Below, in pieces: positions 53,578-64,000 of a stretch of DNA of 64,000 nt. Positions within the stretch are counted from its first letter, which is position 1. Each line of letters starts with the position of its first letter. The notes under the pieces were generated by a model that saw only the letters and a program-made list of their open reading frames with translations, did not search any database and had not been told where the DNA came from. Source of the stretch: Chara braunii (lineage: Eukaryota; Plantae; Charophyceae); assembly GCA_003427395.1 (NCBI GenBank), contig BFEA01000004.1, positions 1,104,463 to 1,168,462 on the forward strand, in the 5' to 3' direction. Position numbers and translations under genes: made by a program.

Positions 53578-54345
53578 GGGTGGAAAGAGAAGAGAAACAG
53601 GTAGACAAAGAGACAGAGACAGACAGACAAACAGAGACAGATGGAGACGGACAGAGACGAACACAGACGAACACATACAGACGGAGGCACACAAACAGAG
53701 AGGGACAGACAGAGACAAACAAACAGAGAGGCAGACAGAGACAAACAAACAGAGAGGCAGACAGAGACAAACAAACAGAGAGGCAAACAGAGACAGACAA
53801 GCAGAGACAGACAGACGGAGACAGGCAGGCAGAGACAGACAGACCATCAGAGACAAACAGAGAGAGAGATAAAGACGGAGACAGGTAGAGACAAGACAGA
53901 GACGAGGCAAAGGAGGCCGACAAACAGAGAGAGACAGACAGAGAGACAAATAGAGAGGCAAACAGAGACAGACATGCAGAGACAGACAAACAGAGACAGA
54001 CAGAGACAGACAGAGGCAAACAGAGACAAACAGAGGGACAGATAAAGACGGAGACAGACAGAGACAAACAGAGACAAACAGAGAGACAGATAAAGACGGA
54101 GACAGACAGAGACAAGACAGAGACAAGGCGAGAACAAGACGGAGACAAGACGGAAACAAGACGGAAACAAGACGGAAACAAGACGGAAACAAGACGGAGA
54201 CAAAACGGAGATAGACAGATACAAACGGAGAGAAAGAGCGAGAGAGAGAGGCAGAGAGATGGGTCTCGAAAAGATTATTAAACAGAGGGAGAGCAAGAGC
54301 TGCGAATGACAGAGATGGATACAGAGAAAGAGAGAGAAAAAGAAG
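53578..54345. repeat. Complex (GACA/GAGA/AAAC) low-complexity repeat
   Basis: Purine-rich tetranucleotide-derived run, including acggaaacaag tandem copies. Confidence 0.95.
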
Positions 54346-54443
54346 CCTCACCACAACGCACATAGATCAAACCTCGGTGTATCATAAGACATAGAACTCC
54401 ATGAAACATGACACGGCAGGGCAAGAAAAGGGAGAGCAGAGCC

Positions 54444-54945
54444 AGCGGCTTCACTAAGTGGCTTAGGCACGCAAGTAGCATTCAGGAGGCCGTGGGTTCA
54501 GTCCCCACTGACCGCCAGGGGCACGCTTGGTGCCAAGCAACTGAGATAGTTCGCTTGCTCCGCCTTGTCGACAATATGACTGCTGTTACTCGATGGGGCA
54601 GGGGGGAAGTAGGGTCTTTAGCCATCACGGGTGTGGGGGGGGGTTGTGTGTGTTGTATGGGAGAATGTTGGCCTTAGACACTGCTGTTACTCGATGGGGC
54701 AGGGGTGAAGTAGGGTCTTTAGCCATCACGTGCAGGGGGAAAGTAGGGTCTTCAGGCGGTCAGTAGGGTCTTTAGCCATCATGGGTCAGCAGGGATTTTA
54801 GTCCCCACGTGATGGCTGAAGCGTGCCCCAGGCGGTCAGTAGGGTCTTTAGCCATCACGGGTGTGTGGGGGTGGTATGTGCGTCGTATGGGAGAATGTTG
54901 GCCTTAGACACTACTCTTACTCGATGGGACAGGGGGGAAGTAGAT
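54444..54945 (+). mobile_element. tRNA-derived SINE-like element with an internally tandem-duplicated body
   Basis: A-box-like cactaagtgg and B-box-like gggttcagtccc, followed by repeats of ctgctgttactcgatgggg...gtagggtctttagccatcac. A homologue lies at 59384-59525. Confidence 0.6.
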
Positions 54946-57516
54946 GGGAGGCGCGACTTCCACAACGTGCGCACGTTCTCCGGCGCGTACGTTCCCAACG
55001 TGCGCACGTCCCCCTACGCGCGTTTCCGCTGGTTGCGCACAAGCGCTCCTCAGGGGGCTTCCGCTGACCCAAGAACCGCCCAACTATCCTTGACGAAGCA
55101 AGCCCCAAGATAGTGAAGATGAGAGAGAACCTACTGCATTGCATGTAACAAAACCTACCATCATTTTCATCCAGCGATAATACTGCGTGCACGAAGAGAG
55201 GTAAGAAGACGAAACCTTATATAGATGCAGATGTCACGAATGCGTGATGATAGAAAATGCGCTGCAACATTGCATGATATGTCAAAAGAGTTGATTACCA
55301 ATTGATATCGACTCCAAGGGAGGTTGGAAGGTCAGATGATCAGGATCTCAGAGGCACGAGCGAGAGTAGCACGCAACTTACACGGACATCTGCCAAGTGC
55401 GAGAGCGGGAGGAAGGAGTGCCAATTGAGGAAACGTGTTTGCAGACTTACCCTCACAAACCCGCGTTCGCCAAGCCAAACCAGCGCACATGAACATGGAG
55501 ACGGTCGCTCAGACTGAAAACTGAACGATCTTCGGAACAACACGAGGGTCGACACCGATCACCTACCGCCTCTCCTCCCTTCCCCCCTTAATTCCGGAGC
55601 ACATGCGAGCTAGTCTCATCCATGACATTAGGCGGTTAAGACAGTGGAGACAGGAAGAAGAAGGCGACGCAGAGAACGACAAGACAGGAGAGAAATTTGA
55701 GAACACACGCGAGCTAGTGTCATGGCTGATACTAGGTAGTCGTGGAGAAAGTGGGGATAGATAGACGAGGGTGGAGCAGAGAACGACGAGGAAGATGAAA
55801 AAAAAGAGAGGACAGATAACACAGCGAATGGCGCCGAGCTATGACCAAGAGATGCTTTCACACACGCATTACACAGAAATAGTACATCGTTACACCTCCG
55901 CATGCCCCTGGTCTCAGTGCGCACACGTTCGCAAAGCGCGACGAGGTGGGGAACGTGGGCGGATCGTGGGCGGAAGGATCGTAGGTGGTCCCGTACGACA
56001 GAATAGGGAGAAAGAGAGGGGGAAGGGGAGGGGGAGGGGGAGGGGGAGGAGAGGAAAGAGATCAAGTTCAAGTGGGTGGACAGAGGGAGAGAGAGAACAA
56101 AAACCGGGCGTGCACCCCCTGACGACACCCGAGCGCAGCCGTTGTCGAAACGCGAGCGTGCGCGCTCTGAGACCAGGGAGACCCGGTGTACCGATTTGCC
56201 GTTTCCACCTAATGCGTGTGCGGACCCATCTTCGTCATTGCTCGCCAATTATTCTTCTCAATGTACAGAGAGAGAAAGAGAAGATACCCACTCTAGCACT
56301 TTCCTTGATGCATCTGACCGCAAAGATGGCCAGAAACGTAGAGTCCTAGCGTAGTCCGATGCCGTGATCCTCAGGCGGGACCATCATGTCGAAATTGAGC
56401 TCCTCGATGTCGCGCCAACATGAGGTCAATTATATGCCACTTTTTTATTTCGTGCGAAAAGGGAAATAATAAAAAAAACGATTGAACGAAATCAGAGAAA
56501 CACGGCATAAACAAGGAGAACCGTGCCGGACATCCTGCAGACTACTACGTCGCTTGAAATTCACTTTTCACTAAACTTCCAGACCACGGAGAGTCGTTCT
56601 TTTTACTTCGATTTGCCCTCCTCATCTTCCACCATGATTGCAGCCCGCATCTTCCACCGTCTCCTCTCCTTCACTGTGTTTATTTTCTCCTTTTCTTTTC
56701 CCTGTGATTGTCCTTGACTACCTAGCAAGAACGAGTCAACGGTTCCCCACCGATGGACCGAGCCATCCGCAAGAACTACTCGATCCTGGTGGTGCTTATA
56801 TCATCCCAGGACCATAAAACGTCACAAGATGTTTGTTTAAAAACAGAAAAAAACAGAGAAAAAAAGAGAATTGAGTAAACGGCAAACTGGAAACTGACGT
56901 GGATCAAGTAACACGAGAATCATGACCAGCACACAACGCACCCCCATCTTGACCGAATTTGTACCGTTGAAAAATCGCTTGTATAGATTTATGATCGGGT
57001 TACGTCGTATTCGGGGGTCGAACGGAAGGGGAGATATAGGAATGGGGGAGGAACGGGGCGCTGAGAAGAAAGAGACAGGAGACATGGGGGCGAGAGGAGA
57101 AGAAGAGGCGGGAGGAAGATCAACAAGATGGCAGAAGGTGAGCAGAGCTAAGCGGAATGTAAGGAAGAATGAAAGAAGCCAGGTTCACACGGGTGAAGAG
57201 GAACGAGACACGTATCCCCTTCCGTTCGGACAGACCACGGAAGACAGTTGGGGAAATTAACGGCAGAACTCGAGAGGGGCGATGAAGCGAGGGGAGCACG
57301 AGGACGGGAGCTGCGGGGAGGCGTAGAGTTCTCGCAGCAGCAACGAAGTCAGCAGAGGGAGCGGGGAGGCAATCTGGCTTTTAGGGTAAACAAAATTACC
57401 AAAAGGGGATCAAGACTAGGTACAATGAGACCAGTGGACTGCTATTCCCGGAAAGAAACATCGCCCATCCATGTACGCACGCACCTGCCCCATGCCTATC
57501 CATCCATCTACACGTA

Positions 57517-57624
57517 AGGCCTAGTTTCACCACTCGCAATTCGCCGAGATTTGAATCCAGCTGAACAAATGGGTGTCCAGATGCAATCAAATCGTGACGG
57601 ATGGCGAGTGGTGCAACTAGGCCC
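57517..57624. mobile_element. Small MITE, possibly PIF/Harbinger (Tourist)-like
   Basis: TIRs ggcctagtttcaccactcgc / gcgagtggtgcaactaggcc. A related partial copy lies at about 52921-53010. Confidence 0.7.
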
Positions 57625-57630
57625 ATATAG

Positions 57631-57633
<3 letters not shown>

Positions 57634-57697
<64 letters not shown>

Positions 57698-57698
57698 C
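57634..57698. repeat. (CA)n microsatellite
   Basis: Directly visible. Confidence 0.96.
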
Positions 57699-58085
57699 AT
57701 GCCAATACAGACATACACACCTAAACATGCATTCGTATATATGTAGATCACATGCATTCGTATTTGTGTATATCACGTAAGCGTATATGTATATGTTGTC
57801 ACAAGAATATCAGAGCGCAAAAAAGAAAAAAAAGGGAAAAAAAGAAAACAAGGAAAAAATGAATTCGTTTTTTGATCTTCTTCCTTACAACTCCCCCTGT
57901 TCAGAACCTCTTTGAGTACATACGTATATCAAGATGGCCATATGTATGTATGCATATCAACGTAAGCGAAGGGAGAATAGGATGGAAAAGGCATACGAAA
58001 GATAACGTACAGGCTTCTCTGCTGAAGATGATACCCTAAAATCATCACGTGGCGAAAAGACAGGAAGACAGGAAAAAGTACTCAC

Positions 58086-58619
58086 CGTCGAGACGCCAGG
58101 TGCAATTTTACCCAGAAGACTCGTCAGATTCTTAGACTTCGTGTTGAGAGCCAGCGACAACTCAGAACAATCATCACAGCAGGACATATTCGAAGCCGCC
58201 TTGCACCGCGCTTGAGGCCTTGCCGGACGATGCGGGGGCAGATTTGTCAAGGGACAGAGCGCGTTTTGAGGAGGGGCTGACATTGCGACCTCACCACCCG
58301 GGTAGACTGTCGACTCGGGCGGAAGGACGGGAGACGATGCGCCGGCATCGCTGGGTGCAGACACTGGCGACGGAGAGGAGAACCCAACGGGCATATCACC
58401 TGGAACAGAAGGGCTGGCGGGCGTTGAAGGCACACCTTGAGCTGCAGAAAATGTGAAGGACTCGAGCGCCAAGACCAAGGACACCGCAAGGGTCATTCGA
58501 AAAGCGAACTTTTGGTTCGAAAAACGAGGAGAGCGCGCCCTCCATGGCACTCCCTCTCTCTCTTCATTCCCCCTGAACAGTGAGGAAGAAGTCGGCATAG
58601 TACTCCTTGCTCCCGCCAT
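58086..58619 (-). CDS. First coding exon of the folate-receptor-like Cys-rich protein
   Basis: ATG at 58619. A hydrophobic signal-like stretch (MTLAVSLVLALESFTFSAA) and a Pro/Ser/Ala-rich region precede CPLTNLPPHRPARPQARCKAASNMSCCDDC. The exon ends ACG|GTGAGT, a consensus phase-0 donor compatible with the acceptor at 46556. The true start could be a downstream Met. Confidence 0.82.
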
Positions 58620-59383
58620 TTTCACACAGAAAACGATCACACTGAGATGAACAGAGAAGCCGTCAAGCTCACCACTTAGCCGTCCGAGCAGTCGAGGTCG
58701 AACTGTGGACCAATTTCCCGACTCGTGTTTCTGGTGTCCTTACGCGGGAGCCATGCCGATCTTCTCTATACCATCCCGACTTCCACGTATCTCCTCAGGG
58801 AGAAGCGAGAGAGCAAATCTTGAGATTCTTCTCCTGGAAAGCTAGCCAAGGGAGTAGATATGGTGATAGATCCTTCCGGTGACAGACATCGCACACACCT
58901 TCAATCACAGCGAACTACCGAAACCAAGTCGACCGAAATTGCCGCTCGACGGCTCACCTGGACGGGATGTACAAGCGGCGGCTTTTGCTCGCCGCTCCCC
59001 GCTCGTCTGTTTGTCAGGTAATCTGTGCGATCAGGTCCCGTCAGATCACGACCAAGTTAGATCAGATCCGATCAGATCATATCGAGGGCCAGCGATGGCC
59101 GAAAGCCAAAAATCGAATTGACAACCTCAAATCGCGTGGTGCCCGACCGCTGCTGGTGGCGACAAATGCCGACAAAAAGTTCATGTACCGCGAAGACTCG
59201 GGTAGCAGCTCAAAGACATTTTGAACGGCTGGAAGGAGAGGACAGCCTCAAGAACGCCGGACGGAAAACGCCGCGAAGGGGCGTCGGCGGCGCTGGCCCC
59301 GCGGGCGTTGTTCGCAGCCAGATAGGCTGCGCCTTGGGCCCCGAGACACTTGCGGAATTTCGCTTTTTCTTTCCGTTGGAACG

Positions 59384-59525
59384 GCATTCAGGAGGTAGTG
59401 GGCTCAATCCCCATAGCCGCCTGCGGTACCCTTGGTGCCAACCAACTAAGGGTAGTCGGTATTGGTTGTCTGCAGCCAACAAGGGTGTGGGTGTGAGTGA
59501 GTTGCGTGTGGTGTGTGGGAGAGCC
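59384..59525 (+). mobile_element. 5'-truncated copy of the tRNA-derived SINE-like family
   Basis: gcattcaggagg..gtggg.tca.tccc...ccgcc...cttggtgccaa.caact aligns with about 54478-54545, and it has the same GT-rich downstream segment. Confidence 0.6.
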
Positions 59526-60874
59526 GGGGCCCCACCGGCGGCCCCAAGGAAGGGCAAGGGGAAGCATACAACTGCCTCCCTTCACCGAGGTAGGTACCTC
59601 CGTTCACCAAGAGAGGTAGATAGATATGCTTGCAGCGTTCCCCTGTATAGCCTCGAGAGTAGTGGTAGGTAGGTCGCGAAAAGTAAAAGTTTGAGAGAAG
59701 AATGGTGTTTGTTTTTTTTAACCACTGATACCTTTCCCAACCATTTTTTCAGTTGCGGCGGGTAACGAGGGAGGACGGCCGGGTTCTAGGATCGAAAGGG
59801 CTGGTGGCGTCAGCCCAAATGAGGCCCATGCCAGTTCGATCTTTTTTGCCGCAGAGGGCGATTTTAGCCTCGGCATTGGTAGCTGAGAAAGGTACTAGTG
59901 ATTTAAAACCACCAGTACCTCCAATCCTCTTTTTGCGGACCCTGAATTTGCTTATGCACCAATTTTTGTCGAGCCTGAGTGGGGCGGTACCATTGATATT
60001 TCATTTCGGTACCACTACAAATATATATATATATATGGCGGCAGACAGATTCACAAAAGGAGTTGAAGAAAAAATATAAAATTTTAACACTGTGATAATT
60101 GTTAGATTCATTTTCGGAAGTACCAGTGTGACTGAGCCCTGCGGAGGGTATTTGTCCCATACAAAACAGAAAAAGAAAAAAAAACATCCCCTAGGCCATG
60201 ATGGTGGTCATATTCTTCCGTGCCCGCACAAAGGGCGTTTCTACCCCCGTGTGGTATACGCCCTACCTCGCTGGCAGAGCACGAAAAGGAAAAAATAAAT
60301 AAATAAATAATAACCATTTTTTTGTTTTTTTAAAGCGGCTGACCAAGCATATAACAGTCTCTTCAGTAGTTGGTCATTTGATCATCCAAATGTTTTTTTA
60401 TACAACCCCCCTATAAGACTCTCTTCCACCCTTACTCATCATTACCGTCCCACATACATCCTTACTCCCAATGTCCTACCTTAGTGTTTCTACCACCCAG
60501 GATCATCACCTTTATAGTGACCTGATTGGACATATGGGAATCAAGGCTAAGCAGGTCCTCACCTCCCTTCACAGCCCTGATTGAAGCGTAGTCGGACGAA
60601 CCTTGTCGTATGGGTACTTTGAGCGCTAGGGGTAAATACTTTATTACAAGTCATGTAGGCGAACTTCTTTTTCCCGTTAGAGAGATGTTGACCTTATCAT
60701 CATCGGATTTCGCTGGTTATTATCTTAAATTTTATGTTCTTGAACCGTTTCCTATGAAAGGTTGCTCTTACATAGAGCATCTTCAGTTTTTGTTCTCAGC
60801 AGGCTCACGACCACCATCTGCTTTCTTTATCTCTATCATTAATTGGGTCTCTGGTCATTTTCTATCGTCCCCCA

Positions 60875-61619
60875 CAGGGTTGTCAGGCCGAAAGTACGGA
60901 GGCCCCTAAGCTGACCCCCGAACGTTCCGGCTTTCGGGTCCCCGTACGGGGCCCAAACTTGAAGGGGTTCGGAACCCGCAAAAAAATATTTTGGCACCCA
61001 AATATATATTTTTTTTTTCTGATTTGTTTTTTGTGAGTTCTTTGTGATGTAAGGTATCTCCCACTTAATTTTGAAGTCATTCTGCTCAGCCAAAACAAGA
61101 TGAAAAATCATCAAAGGTGGTAGTGTCAAAACTTGTTTGCCCACTCACAAATTTGTTTTTTCTCTCTTTTGACTTTTTGTTTTTCCTTTATTTCGGGACA
61201 TAAAATAATTTATTATTTTTTCAAACTTTATTTGTAGATTCTCTATTATGTAAGATACACAAATATAAATTTTCATAGCATACGTCAGAGCCAAAAAAAA
61301 AAAAAAAATCGCTAAAGATGGCGGTGCCAAAAACGTGCTCGCCCATTCAATAATTTAATTCTTATTTTATTTTTCCTAATTTTTATTATTGTCATTTATT
61401 TTTAGAATTTGATTTGTATTTCAAACTTGGTAAAAAAATTGGATATAACGTTGAGGTAAATGTTGTTTAGTTTTTTTTTTTGCATAATATATATATTTTT
61501 CATACATTTTAGAATTCTTTTTTTTTTTTTTTTTTCGCGTTCGGCCGAACGGTCGAACACGTCGAGAGGGGGTGCTGAACGTTCGGGCGTTCGACCCGTC
61601 CCGAACGCCTGCAACCCTG
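60875..61619. mobile_element. Non-autonomous hAT element, inverted homologue of 22477-23246
   Basis: TIRs CAGGGTTG / CAACCCTG, TSD gtccccca / ttccccca (7 of 8 match), and internal sequence that is the reverse-complement homologue of the nested element. Confidence 0.88.
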
Positions 61620-64000
61620 TTCCCCCATACTTTATTTTTTGTCATTTGAGGGTTGATGACCACTATCCGCTTTCTTACCTCTATCATCAACTATACCTAC
61701 TTAGGACTATTATAATCTTATTGTGTTCTCCATGCAGGTAGCAGACCACCCTCATCCCTTTCGACAACCTTTATTGCAGATACCCCAACGGTATCCTCAG
61801 ACAACTTGAAGAATTTATTCCTCCTCTACTCTTACCAATGGAACCCCTAATACACCGCCTATTGCATGTTTTCCACCGATATTCTCGAAAATTGAGTTTT
61901 GTCCTACCTACCATCCCCTCAACAGAGTCCCCGATTGAATCTCACATGTGAAGTAGAGGCCTAACCTACCATTCAAGTTCATCTTACAGTGATTGCGTCA
62001 GATACATTTTCAAAAGTATTGGTCTGACTATGCTTCATTGAGAGTACCCCGACATCATTCGTAACGCATTTTCTAGTTTTTTTTTTTTTAAGTTTTCATA
62101 TCGGTGTCGAGCACGCCGGTCCCGCAGGAGGACCCTCCCAACCGCGCTATGTAGGATTTGCAAGACTTTTTCGAGATGGAATTTTCGTCGCTCCGGCCCA
62201 ATGAATCAGTCGTACCTCTCGCGAACCCTTACGATAACATAGAGGCTGCGAGAGGAACAACTTACCTCTGCCCAAGTGGTTGTCACCGCCCTTGAACAGG
62301 CGTATCCCTATCGAGCTATAGAACCAATCGCAGAGGTTTCCAAGCCAAAAGCGTTTCTCGTTCGTTGTAACATATGGGATACGCGAGGTCGAACACCTTA
62401 ATCAGACTCGCGTGCAAATTAACGTTCTGAGGGTTGATCTCCCGAGTGCGGCTCTACACAGGTCAACTATAACGGTCAACCTAACCACGAGACACACTTC
62501 GGAAAATAAAACCAGACTTTGTACGTAAATCACTTATAGTCTTTTTTTTCACATTCGACTCATAATCGTTTCACGACAAAAGTAAACGAGTGTTGCGCGC
62601 AAGACTTTAAATAAATATCGAGGCGACCCAGGTTTTGTCATATCGACTACCCATGCATGAATTCACAAGCAGACGCAATGATGGCGTACTATGTGGTATC
62701 CATGACCACGTGACTCTCACTGATTTTTGGGATCGCTTTCGACGTTTGTCGGTTGACACACGTCTTGAGAGGTTACTCTCTTGACGCTAGACAATTGTGA
62801 ATGCGATTGTGATACCCACCCTCTTCCGCACCCTGTGCGGAGGAGTGGTAGGCGGACTTCGGCCCTTTGTAGCGGCCAAACGCCTTTGATCCTAGGGACG
62901 GGGCTCAATCTTCGGGAGGCCTTGGACAAAGTAAAGGGGTTTGACTTTGACAATCGTCATGGAACTCAACGTCCAACCATATAAATTTAACAAACAAAAA
63001 TAGAAGGGATTTTTTTTTATCTCATTACAAATTCACTCAATCCTTGCGCCAAGGTAGACCGCATGGATACACAAAATATAAACATAGTAGGGTTATTAAT
63101 ACGAGACGATCACTCTCACGGTCACAATATGACTTTCTTCCAAATATAAAGGAAATCGCAAACAAATCAAACATTGACTTTATATCACAAAACGTACAGA
63201 CAATCATACATAGATTTAACACTAACAAAGCAGACACCACACGGGGTCAACACCAACCACTCTCTGCACTCACACTCCTTGCCTCATTCACATAATCTTC
63301 ATCTTTTGTCCAATCTTCAAAAAAAAAAAAAAAACTCAGTTATTTTTTAAATGATCATTTAACAAAATCGGGTAAAAACCCAAAAGAAACAGTTCAACCC
63401 ATAGGGGTTAAGGCCTTAGGTTGGGTAGCGATAACAAGCTAGAGTTGAGCCGGAAGTCGACAATTCGGCAACCAACTTATTATTAATGATAATATAAAAT
63501 TATCCTCGTAGAATCAGACTGAAATTTAAATCAAATTGAGCAAAGAGGACCTGTTACACAACACATGTCAGTATTTAAAGCGATGCTTAATTGAATGAAG
63601 GATAAACCTCATTTCGCATCTCACTCAACTTCTCACATGACTAAGTTTAACTTATCCTTAAATAGTATCAGAGATTATAAAAAAAATTGGTAGCATTTCC
63701 GATATATAGGGTGAATCGTCAAAGTTTTTTTTGCGAAATATAATACAACTCTTCAAAACTATAAAAAATCCGACAACACTCCTCTCAGAGAAAGTGTTTT
63801 TCCATAATTTATATTATGCCAAATATAAATCTCGAATAAAATTTCGACTTTGAACAATCAAAATTTTGTTTACCTGTTTGGATTAGTAAAAAATCAAATA
63901 ACACTTCTCATAAAGAAATAGGTTTCCCCGATTTATACTAAGTTAAATATGATCTGAAAACAAATGTTTAAGTTTTGCAAAGGCTAATTTTAACTAATTC

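Noticed and set aside
53185-54363. 392-aa ORF and overlapping ORFs
   Set aside because: Translation of a GACA/GAGA low-complexity repeat.
54444-54517. Functional tRNA gene
   Set aside because: The D and anticodon arms do not pair cleanly, and it continues into a repeated body shared with another locus.

Overview
Eukaryotic, repeat-rich genomic DNA with four assembly gaps. The BTF3 and U6 sequences are plant-type, so the source is most likely a streptophyte; this is inference and I cannot name the species. One apparently intact gene is present: a two-exon minus-strand gene, join(58619..58086, 46556..45900), about 396 aa, with an intron of about 11.5 kb. It encodes a secreted, probably GPI-anchored Cys-rich protein of the folate-receptor-like (FOLR/HHIP-N/NPC1-N) type. 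The rest is mostly mobile or repetitive DNA: a processed BTF3 pseudogene, a decayed L1/Tx1-type LINE, several non-autonomous hAT elements with 8-bp TSDs (one nested in another), foldback MITEs, a tRNA-derived SINE-like family, two U6 pseudogenes, a satellite with higher-order structure, and microsatellites. The most notable observation is a short non-coding dispersed element present twice (about 2255-2475 on + and about 42690-43010 on -). It carries a type III hammerhead ribozyme and ends in (TA)n, and is a candidate retrozyme or Penelope-like non-autonomous retroelement. No prokaryotic-type features such as CRISPR arrays or operons are supported.
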